A DNA stretch of 64,000 nt from Camelus ferus (lineage: Eukaryota), in the NCBI RefSeq assembly GCF_009834535.1, contig NC_045700.1:82956001-83020000 (forward strand). The letters run 5' to 3'. The notes under the pieces were generated by a model. It searched no databases. It was not told where the DNA came from and saw only the letters and a program-made list of their open reading frames with translations. Below, in pieces: positions 53,085 to 64,000 of this stretch. Made by a program: the position numbers and the translations under genes. How positions within the stretch are numbered: the first letter of the stretch is position 1; each line of letters begins with the position of its first letter.

Positions 53085-56000
53085 TGTTAAATAAAGGTGC
53101 TCTATTCCTCCCTCCAATCCTTGTTCTTATTCTCTCACTTAAGACATTGAAAATTTGCTATATATATAAAAAAAAATCACAGATTTCAATATTGTCTTGA
53201 AAAACAATTAATTCAGGGAAACAATCTAACCTCAGAGCTCTGCAAATTTTGTGGGTATTCTCTCCTTTATTTCATACTAAATTTTAGATGTCAAAGACAG
53301 TGACTTTCTTTGGCAAAATTTGGTATTAAAGACAGATTTTTTTCCAATTTATTGATCCTGTTGAAGATACAAATTTGAGTAGGTTGGACAGAACTTAACT
53401 GAATGACTTATAATAATGTTTGCAAAGCTAAAAAAATTTAAGCTCATCTGTTTTTCTAATATGTGGACGTTTCTATTAGAAAAGGAAACAAATGACTGCT
53501 TAAAGTTACAAATGTCCACAAGATAAAGGAAAAAAAAATAAGAAAAACAAATACTTTAATACGAGCTAAATGTAGAAAGCATTTAATCATGTTTTAAAAA
53601 ATATCTAACCCCTGCTTTGAACTCAAATATAAAATTACTGAAAATATTTTGAAAAAAATTTAAGTAAGTCCTGTAAACACTCCAGCCTTACCACTGATAA
53701 TACATTCATCGCAGTGATGGCATGCGATTCTGAAGCCGTCACCACTGAACCTGACATTTCAGAGAGGGACCAACTTTTCAAAGAGTTGAGTTGCTACTGC
53801 CTTCTTTGCCCTTTGATATTTGGAGTACGTAAAGCTAGTGGTTCATTACACCTCCACTGATTTCAAATAAGAGGGCAGAGCAATGAATAGAGGAAGCAGC
53901 GTTGTTTTTCTCTTCCACACCTGACACTACCCCATCTGAATTTAATACCTGAGTCTATGCGATTAGCATCATTATGTAAAAAGCTCATCAGCTGGCAGGT
54001 ATGTGCATCTATTCATTCACTCAGCCATTCATGCTTTAGCAAACACTTATTTAGCATTATGATAAAGGCTTTTTAAAGTTAAGCCTTTATAATAGTAAGA
54101 GTAATGATAGCAAGAATTTACTGAGCACATACTAAGTGCTAAAAGCCAGAGAAATGTGAAGCTGTTGCTTTCAGGCAGGGAGCAGACCACTGCTCACTCT
54201 CCCATCTTAAGGATGCCCAGCAGAGGTACCTGCAGACTGTTACGGGGACCGCTCCTATGCACCTAACCCAAGACTGTCTGCCGGTAGAAGGAACTGAGGG
54301 GAAAGATGGCATCTCTAACAAGAGGTGACTCCTGGATGGAATGTTCCTGAAAGAAAAAGAGTTTGACCAGGAAGCTGCTTCCAGCCAGAAGTTAAAACAA
54401 GAGTTAGCGATTGCCAGCCAGGAACAGAACAGGGCAGTGGGCACTCCGGGTATTTGCCAAGCTGATTTAGAGAGGCTCCCTCTTTTTAGGGAGATCCTAG
54501 CCCAATTGGAGGTTCTCTCATTAACGCTATGTACGTTCTATACTTGCTGTTTCTCCATTTGAAAGTAAAGAAGGTAAAGACTGGGAACGAATGAAATATG
54601 TTCTGAAGCCGGGGCCAACCAAGAGAAACACGTGTTAAATAATTATCCTGATTAACTCCAGCAACGTCGCTAGTCATTGTCATCCAAATGACTCCACAGT
54701 CTGAGTTGTCCCAAATCATGATTTACGCGGCAGCCGTGACGTGACGACAGTAACAACTGCTCAGTGTCCTCTCTTCTTTCGTGTTCTGTTGATGGGGCCT
54801 GTGAAGCTCAGAAGAAGAAGCTTTAAAAGACTCCCTGTTATAGTTATTAGCGATGCATTATAATTCTCTGCTGAGGTTTTTGATCAGGGGTCCCTTCCCT
54901 GCTTACTTTTTAAATATTATTATATTGAGAATTTGGGGAAAGAGTTTTCAAATTCTTAATGCTCATGGTAAATAAAGTGATTTATGTGGAACGGGTATGA
55001 TCAGGTTAAACATCTGTGTTTGGTACTGCATGCAGTGGGTTAACGATTTTATATAACTATCTACCAGCATTTAATGTTATATGTGTTTGACTGTTCATTC
55101 CAACACTGCTTATGTCCAAGAAGAACAAAGTAAAAATTTGCAACGAGCTCCCAGAAGAGTCCTCATCTGGACAGAGGGAAATTTATGGGGCATGTGCACG
55201 GTCTGTTTCTGGTGTGATATAGAGGCGATCTGAGAGATGAGAGCAAGAACCAGCAGTACAAATATTTGCGGATAACACTCATGACTTTGCAATTATAGAA
55301 AATAGTGCCGGTACCAACCCACCCTCTCCCACTGACTCAGTCAACTCCTGCAAGCTCCGGGGGTGGGCGGGGTGGATTTGATCATTTATTTAATGCTTTC
55401 TGAGCACATCAGGCTGACAGATCAGTGTCCCAAGAAATCAGCTTAAATTGCTAGCAGGAATACACAGCGTGAGAGGGAGAGCCCACGTGCATCTACCTTG
55501 ATAAGGATGACCTAGCAACGGATCAGGGCTTACCTGCAAGCTTTCTACAGGACCACCTGGACCACAGGGAAGCAAGGATGCTGTATGTTCACATACCCGA
55601 ACCCCGCAGCACTAGGGCACCCTTGCTTTCATCTGATCTCCTCTGGGAAAGCACAGAGGGCCGGTCTCCAGATCCTCCTTACTGGATGGCGGGTCAGGCT
55701 GGTCCCACCCTCAGGGCCTCCGGGAGGTTCTCTTGCCGAAAGTGCTTTGGCAGCCGCTGCTTTCCCTGTCATCAGTTTGAATTCATGGGAGAGGGCGAGA
55801 TGCCAAAAGTGCTTGCAGGTGAATTCTTTGTCCCTTTCAAGTGCATCTGACTTACCCTGATGACTTACAAGCGTGTTTATCTTTTGTTGGGAAGGATTAT
55901 CAGTTAGGTCGGTAAATTTTTTCCAGGTATAAATTATAGCTCACAAGCAGGATGCCACGGGGAATACCAAGTCATCATCTGTTCGTTTGTATCTCATCCC

Positions 56001-57029
56001 AAATAGCAAACACAAGCAATCGTGATGAAAATTGATAGTAATAAAAACAAAAACAAGACCATGATGCCGACAAGTTCCCACAGTGTTGGGCCATGAAGAA
56101 AGAGGGGGACAACGCTTGTTTGTAAAATACAGATGGGGGGGCAGTGTGAGTCGGCCTGTTTAAAGTAGGGGAACAAATCTGGCTTATGATCAAACACAAA
56201 GGAACTGCCTTTCACTAGCGTAACCTAAATTCATCTCAGATGGACAAAAATCTCTATTGATCCAAAACAAATTTCAGGACTAACCTTCCAAAATGATTAC
56301 AAGCAGCAGGAGAAATTGAAAACTTTTCTGAGGATTCTATTTACAAGATGGTAGCCTACCTGGATTTAGGAAAATGGTTTCATTTCTTTATTGGTTATTC
56401 TTCCTTTCTGTACATTACAAAGCAGGTGAAAGTCACTAAAAAGTCTTTCTAAACAGCTGTCAAAAGTAGATCACTTTTGTGTCTGGAAAGCTGAGACCAT
56501 GAGAAGCCCTGTATTTTATTTATTAGAACAGAAAACTTTTTCCTAGCCCTGAGGCAGGATCATTCTGAATAAGATACAGATTTGAAGGAAAAAAGAAAAA
56601 AAGAGAGAGAGAGACGGAGAGAAAAGAGGATAAAGCCATAAATCTTTCTCCTAGGAGGAGAAAAAAAAAACATTAGAAGAATTTGGCAGGTAGATGATCA
56701 TCTCCATGAACAAAATGAAGCTTTTTTCCTCAAGGCTATGTCAAGGTTACACTTAGTATGTCAGAAATATAACCAGGAATTCATTCCCAGCACATGCAAA
56801 CGTGCAGGAAGTAAATCCAGAGGCCAGGCTCTGTGGGGACGAGACCTGGGTTCCAGTCCCAGCATCCACCAACTGAAGGTCTCTGGGTCTCCATTTCCTC
56901 TGAGGATGCCAGACTACGTAATTTATAAAATCTCTTTTTAAACTTCTAAAAGTCTACATCTATATTCCTCCCAGGATCTGACTCAATGATTCTTAAAACA
57001 GCCAAAGATGTTTTAATAAACACTAAAGT

Positions 57030-57240
57030 CATAAAATAGTTACATAACAAGGTCCTACAATATAGCACAGGGAACTATATTCAATAGCTTGTAATAGCCT
57101 ATAATGAAAAAGAATATGAAAAAGAATATATGTATGTATATGTATAACTGAATCACTATGTTGTACACCAGAAACAAACACAACCTTGTAAATCAACTAT
57201 ACTTCAATTAGAACAAAACAGAAACAAAAAGAAAAACCCA
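57030..57240 (+). mobile_element. Short L1 3'-end fragment (same young family)
   Basis: caaggtcctacaatatagcacagggaactatattcaatagcttgtaatagcc...aatcaactatacttcaatt followed by an A-rich tail. Confidence 0.88.
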
Positions 57241-57719
57241 CTAAATGTATTGATGATTTGGTTCAGCAAATGAGTCCAATACGGTTACCTTCCTTTCCAG
57301 GACTGGTGTGGGAGCATTCATAGAGCTGAATCTGAGCCCCGCCACTCACCAGCCATGAGACCATGAGCAAGGGACTGAGCTGTGGGCTTATCTAAACAAT
57401 CCCCCAACCCCTGTACATTCAAACTCTTCATTGGACTTCCTCTTACCTGTCTTGGCAGAGATTTCTCAGAGCTCCTATGCTCTTTGTGCCATTTACTCAA
57501 AGCAGAAGACAGGATGAAGAAACGTCTTTCTTCCATGGCTCACTCATTCCGCATGCATGGTTGGGCACCTTCAGGGAGGGGATGACTGACCAGGTCTGTG
57601 CTTTTGAAGAGCACACGGTGTAGTGGCATGGATGTCACAGACAGGAGAACAAAATGGTGAAGTGAAAGGGACTGGAAGTGGGGGTCGGGGAAGGGTTTAG
57701 AGCCGGTGCCTAGGGAAGG

Positions 57720-58130
57720 GCTTTTGTGGGTGACCCACGAGTTGGGCCCTGAACTAAGACAGAGCCAGCAAATGTGAAGATTCATGTGAGTTAAACATCA
57801 CAGGAAAAAAGAGAAAGCTGGGAAAGCCCTATGGTGAGCGTGTTATCAGAGGGACAGGGAGAACAGCCGTCTCTCGGGAAAGCCTGAGGAGGAACGCAAG
57901 ACTGAGCTCAGGAGCCCAGCAGGGTCAGCATCACAGGACGGAGAGTTTAGCATTTATGCTCAACATGGCAGTGCAATTTGATGGAGATTTTTCAAAACAT
58001 CACTTTGACCGCTGGTGGAAGACGGATGGTAGGAAGTACTAACTGAAGCAGGGTCACCAGAGAGGAGGCTGCTGAGGGAGACCAGGAAGAGACGATGGTC
58101 ACTTGGACCAGGGTGGAGGCAGTGGAGCCG
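57720..58130 (-). mobile_element. L2 LINE fragment
   Basis: aaaacatcactttgaccgctggtggaagacggatgg...gaagcagggtcaccagagaggaggctgctg...gatggtcacttggaccagggtggaggcagtggag. Confidence 0.68.
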
Positions 58131-60779
58131 GGATCAGTGCCTGGTTCCAATTAAGTGACACAAAGGACTCATTTCCGCTCTTCACTATGGTCATAAGATA
58201 TTCCTTGGTAGGGACTCAAGATACCAAACAAGTGACATAAGGAGCAAATTTTGGTTTTCCCCTTGGCTCTGTCCTTGGAAATGAGTCATGTCTAGATCCA
58301 TCTGAGCAGACTGGGCCATCACTCCCACCGCTAATGACAGAACACCTCCCGCCAACACAGCAGCCTGTCACAGGCTGGTTACCAGGCCCAGGGTTCTGAG
58401 CACACAGAGGCCACACCTCGGGAGCAGCTGCGTGACAGCACCCACTGACTCCAGGGAGTCAGCTGAGGGGCCAGATTCCTGAGCAGTGATTCAAACCGGA
58501 ACTAAGAGTGCAACCGACAAGCATGCGTCAACAGCAGCGGAAGTAAAGGAAGCGCTATTAGGTCCTGAGTTGACATAAGGGAGCTGTTGGTGTGGGCAGG
58601 CTCCGCTGTTTCTCAGGTGAGGTCTTTACTTTCCTGTTTCTGCAGAGCTGACACTGACCTAATTGGGAGACTGCAGATAACTAGTTGGTTTCCAGGAAAA
58701 CTGAAACAAAAGATGAGAGTTGAATTTTCAAATCTGGTCCAATTCACAGCCTTTTTTCCTGATTGTTCCTGTGGTCATATAGCTCAATCCTTAGACTTCA
58801 GAGTGAAACAGCTTGCTAGAGAAGGGACTCCCTGGACACTGGTGCCAGCTGTGAGGGAAGCCTCTCTGTTACAGACCCTCTCCTGACCCCCGCATTCTGC
58901 ACAACTGTAATTCAGTAATGAACTGTGTGCTTAGAGGTCACTGCCTGTCTCCATCTGTAGAATACATCTCTCCATCAGCAGTAGCAGCAAACGTGCCTAT
59001 TCTGTTTGCAATGAAATCTCCAGCTTGTAACGGTAGCTGTTCACAACATATGGGTAGACAGGATAAATGGATGGATGAATGAATGACACACAGCCGCCTT
59101 TAGCACCTAAACTTGATGATCAGCTCTAGAACTCTGGACACAAGATCAGACTACCCTTTGCTGTGAACCGAGATTTACAAAGATTGTTTTGGGTTCACTT
59201 TCCTGTTCCTATGTTTCCTGGCCACTGGGACTCAAGATTTCCCTTCAAACAGCCTTGCAACATTGAGGCTGAAAGTTGCCAAAAGGGAAACAGGACAATC
59301 CTAACACAGGCAGGCAAGAAGTTCTACTGATAATATTTAAAGGGTGGGGGACTTGAAGGGGGAAAGAATTCTAACGCTCTCTGCTTGTGAGTACCTGTCA
59401 CTCAGAGCAGTAGGAAACCCATGGTCCAGGTCACCCAACAAAAAATGAATCCAGAGAGCTGATTAGTTTTGAAAAGCTAAAATATTTAGATATGAAAAAC
59501 TGGGGGAGGAAAGAGCAATAAAGGTTGGAGGAGGTGGGGGAGGAGGTGGGGCTGGTAGGGAGAGAAATAAGTCATATCAATGGCAGCCCTGAGACCTCAG
59601 GCAGATAGGATAAGAGATAAGCCCCTTTGCTAAGTTAGTCACACCCTCCCACAGACAATTCTCTTGGCAAAGGTTCCTTTACTAACAAAGCAGGCGCATG
59701 CTTTCAGCAAACAGTGCAATGTAACAGCTAGGGTGCCTATAAATGTAGTTTAAACTTTAAAAAAAAAAAAGCATCAAAGGGAGAGGAACGGAGCAAAACG
59801 TGATCCTTGGTTTGAGAACACTAGAATATTAAGATTACTGGGGTCTTAATGGCCATGAAGGAAATCTAAGTTCCCTCAATGGACTTTAAATGATGCCGTC
59901 TCTGAAAAAAAATGTTTGGATCTTGAGTCCAAACTTGACTGCAGAGCTGACATTCATCCCCGGGAGGCGGAAAACAGATGGTGATTCAGAGCAGGAATCC
60001 GAGGGAGAGAGAGAAGTCGGGAACAGGAAGGGATGATGGACAGTGAGAAAATTCAGTTCTTTTTCTTCAGCTCTGCCCGCTAATCCAACAGAACTTCTTG
60101 CTTCTGTTCCAGCTATAAAGACATCCCACCTAGGAGACTGGTCTGGGACGGCATCAGTGCCGCTGTACTGCCGCTCAAAGTTAATGTTGCAGCTAACTAT
60201 CCTGCAGGGAAGGAGCCTCTCGGGGATTTAAGGGTAAAAGAACATTAGAAGACCTGGGCATACTGGTAGAGCAATCAAATTCATCTTTCAAATCCCAGGC
60301 AAAGATAACACTCTAAACTCACAGCCCAAATAAACCAAAGCAGGTTGCCTCCAACACAACCTAGAGTTTCAGCCATGCTCTTTCTAGTTCTTGGACCAAG
60401 ATCTTTTTCTCTTCCATTGTAGTTTCTCAGTTTTTCTGTCTCTCTCTTTTCTTCTTGCTTCTGCTCCCACTTTCTTTACTGCCATTATCTAGATTCAGGG
60501 TAATTTTAAATACCCGTTTTGTGTAATAAAAAAAACCCCATAATATTCACGCTGATTGTGTCACGCCTGTGTTTAAGATCTTTCCAGGGGGCCCCACTGA
60601 GTGTTCCATAAAATCCAAACAGAAGAGGAGAGACACTCAAGAGCCTCAAATGCAGCCCTAATTGGTCCCTCAAATATCTTACACTTCAATCAAGCCAGAC
60701 TGTGTAGCATTTGTTCTCGCCTGGCTCATTCGCAGCTTCTCAATTACTTCCAAATAATAAAATCTCAACCTCTCCTCTG

Positions 60780-61237
60780 CAGAACACACAAAAAAATGTT
60801 CCCTGCTTTTTCAGTAAACAAGGAACATTGCCCACCAACAAGCCATCAGCCGCCCCCAAGGGTGGTGGACCCTGGGGGGGAATTCAGGATGGAGAAAAAT
60901 AGTATATTAACCCTAGGTAGTTAAGTTATGCATCTAGTTTCAACGAGCCCAGACTCTTGCATCTTCCCTTACATAAAAAAAGCACTAAAATCACTAACTT
61001 GGGATGTCTGTTTTTTTGTGATTAGCAGTAATCTTTTGATGTTTGTATTTTATGTTTTGTTTTGTTTTGTTTTTTGTCAGCAAAATCTCTAATATCTCCT
61101 GGCTCCTCCCTTACCTCTTCAGAGCAGTTCCTCAGAACGATCTGAGAGGCTGTCTCCTGGGCTATAGTTCTCAGTAAGGTCCCCAAATAAAACCTAAGTC
61201 CCAACTTTTAGGCTGTACGTTTTTCTTCAAGTCAACA
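60780..61237 (+). mobile_element. ERV1-type solo LTR (MER34-like 3' end); 5' boundary uncertain
   Basis: cccttacctcttcagagcagttcctcagaacgatctgagaggctgtctcctgggctatagttctcagtaaggtccccaaataaaac...ttttcttcaagtcaaca. AATAAA at 61186-61191; CA terminus. Confidence 0.75.
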
Positions 61238-64000
61238 CTTCTAAGCCTAAATAAAATCAGTCACTACCTCTTCTATCAAGCAATACTATGTTCAGGAATC
61301 AGGCCTCAAACTTATTTTGTGTACAAAGCACTTCTTTCTATCTTATTTACATATATATTTATTTCCCTTATTATCTTGCAAATAACTGGTAAACCCAGAG
61401 AACAGGACTTATCCTAGACACACACACACACACGCCCTGTCTTAATTATAACAGACAGGATGTTATAAACTTACTAGTCAAGTGTTTTGAGATTTTTCAG
61501 TTCTGATTTCTCTTCCCCCAAATCTAATTTTTAAAAGCTCCTGTAATCTCTGATTTTCCTTTTTCCTACACATTGGTGACTCTGAACAAATGAAAGTCAA
61601 TGATCCTTGAAATCCATGTTTCATAATATGACATCATAACATTTGATGAAACCCCCTTTGACAGTTGCACTTTCAGTATGCATTATTTGAAAAATTATAC
61701 AATGACAAAAGGCTACTCCATATTCAATAACTCTTTAAAATTTATTTGCATTTTATTAACTCTGGTAGCACTGACAGAGATTTGTAAAATAGAGACTGTG
61801 AGAGACAGGTTATTCCGTATACAGCAAGGTCTGGCCTGATCCATACACTGTTAACCCAGGGACATCTTGCAATAATTCCTTCCCTATTCTCAACCCCACA
61901 GACTCAGTGACTTACTATTGTAAATGTCAATCAAGTAGCCATCACTTGGCCCAACTTCAAGCAGCCAACTTCACTTCCAAACTTGCCCTTGAAAGAGGAA
62001 AGGAAGAAATCTCTATCCAAGACCAAACCAACAATTCTGATTAGATGTTGCAGGATATAGAAAAAATGGAATTGAAACTAGCCTTAAGATTTCCAGACCA
62101 AATGCCTGAAAGAATAGAGATACTATAACCAAAATAGAGACTAGAAGAAGAGGAGCTGATTTTGCAAGGAAGGGCAGGAGATCAGTTAGGTGGTCACTGA
62201 ATCTGAGACGTTTGAATTGAGATGTTCAGGAAGCAATCAAAAATAAAAGGTCTGAAGGTCAGCACAATCAGAGACAGAGATTTGGGAAACGTCTGCAAAG
62301 AACACAAGAATCACGGGAGTAGATAAACTGTAGGTTCAGAAAAAGATCAAGAAAGAATCTTATGAACACCATCTCTCAAAGGCAACTAGGAATAAAAGGG
62401 AATAAAAAAGGCAAGACAGGCAACAGAACAGAGTAAGAAGGGAACTAGCGTTTATTGACCACCGCCAAGGACTTGGCCAGGCATCTGAAATATGTGATCA
62501 CAGTTAACTCTCACCATTTGCTCTTGACATGGGCGTTGCCTGAGAACTTCAGTGTTCAATACCACAGATCAAATGGTATATTCACTATGCAAGAACCAGG
62601 AGAACGCATAAAGAAAGCCAAAGGAGATCATAATTTCCCACAGTCAAGGGGGGTAACAAGGAGGATGAGACCTAGAAGACACTTGTATGTCAGCATCAAA
62701 GACGTCTGTATTCTTTGAGAACAGTATCAGGGGAGTGACGTGGGTAGCAGCCAAAATGTAGGACTGGTCTACTTGATAAACCACAATGAATCAAAAAGTT
62801 AGCTAACAGTATCTACCCAATGACCAAACTAGAAATTATATACAGACAGTAGGTTACTGTTACAACAAAGCACACTATTACAGGAATTTAAACCCCATAA
62901 ACAGACCCAATAAACACTCACCCCAGAACATGGCTCTAGCAGGGTCTCCCACACTTTCTTGATTTATGCTCCATTTTCAGGAGTTTTATCTTCTGAGAGT
63001 TCAGTCATATTCTTAATCTAACTCAAAAGCCAATACTCCTTGCCATAAATTGAAGGTGATAAAAAGAAAAATCTAACTGATACATTAAAAAAAACCTGTG
63101 CATTAACACCTAGAGGTTGAGAACTTCAGTATCACCAATATGCCTCCAAAAAGATACATTTCTCAGTTGAGAAAACTGAGGCACCCAAACAATGTCTGAC
63201 TTGCAGAGGCAATAAAGTACTTATTAAGTGGTGGATGGGAAGTCAGATGCAGAAAGGATTCCAGAGCAAAGGCTCCAGCCACTCCTGTGTGCTGCCTCCT
63301 GCCAGGTGCCACCTTCCCTCCTGAGCACCAAAACTCCCCGAGTTAAGTATTAAACCCACCAAATTCTGTCTGAGTGCACTTCAATGCCAAGCTTCTGGAT
63401 GAAAGAAAGAAAAATGAAGCTTGAGAATGCATGATCACGTACAGACAGTCAGTAAGGTAAGTGTGAGTTAAATGATCACTCCTCCAGTGTTTTCCTATCT
63501 CTGCAGGCGTTTTTGCTAAGATGAGAATGAGAATGCAGGGCAATGGTCAGTCCACATTAAATCTTGATACTGCTATGAGTCATCATGACCCACCGAGCTA
63601 GCCTTATAACCAGTCTTCCATGAGGATGAATGTTACCTGGGAAGTACAGCTGTCCTTTAATAGTGAAGCCTCTGTCAAATGAAAAAGGCAAACTAGAAAA
63701 GATAAGCAAGTATAGTCCTACAGAGTGACCTTTCAGAATTTCCCAAATGCTTTACCATCTACACAGACTTTAACTATATCTTGACAGCTTTACTTAAGCC
63801 AGAAAGATACAACATATAAGAAATTTGTCCTTGGACTTCTCATTACTTTCAACATCTCAAGTGTCCATTCAGACCACTAAACACAACTTGAATCCACTGT
63901 CACATGACTGGTCTTTCTCAGCATCCCAAATCCAGATTTGATTTGATTACATTTTAATGGCTATCACCAATGAATTACTATAAACATGCTCATATTTAAG

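Overview
Eukaryotic (mammalian) genomic DNA, not a prokaryotic locus. The window holds four consecutive internal coding exons of the ephrin type-A receptor 4 gene (EPHA4) on the minus strand: 44332-44487, 28313-28651, 1548-1672 and 391-550. These correspond to exons 4-7 in the human numbering I recall and encode the end of the Cys-rich region plus both fibronectin type III domains. All four have canonical AG/GT ends and join in one open frame. The rest (~98.8%) is intron. It carries eight tRNA-Ala-derived SINE copies resembling camelid vic-1 (so probably an alpaca, llama or camel genome), 5'-truncated young L1 tails, ERV1-type solo LTRs, old MIR/L2/MER elements, microsatellites and seven N blocks. 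Nearly all other ORFs in the track are chance intronic ORFs. I see no evidence of a new biological system. The best leads are RNA-processing hypotheses: a SINE-derived cryptic in-frame acceptor just upstream of exon 4, inverted SINEs bracketing exons 4-5 whose circle would be a stop-free ORF, and exon 5 read-through to a soluble receptor. There is also one strong CTCF motif and several motif-dense candidate enhancers. Repeat family names are from recalled consensus sequences, not a database search, and repeat boundaries are approximate.
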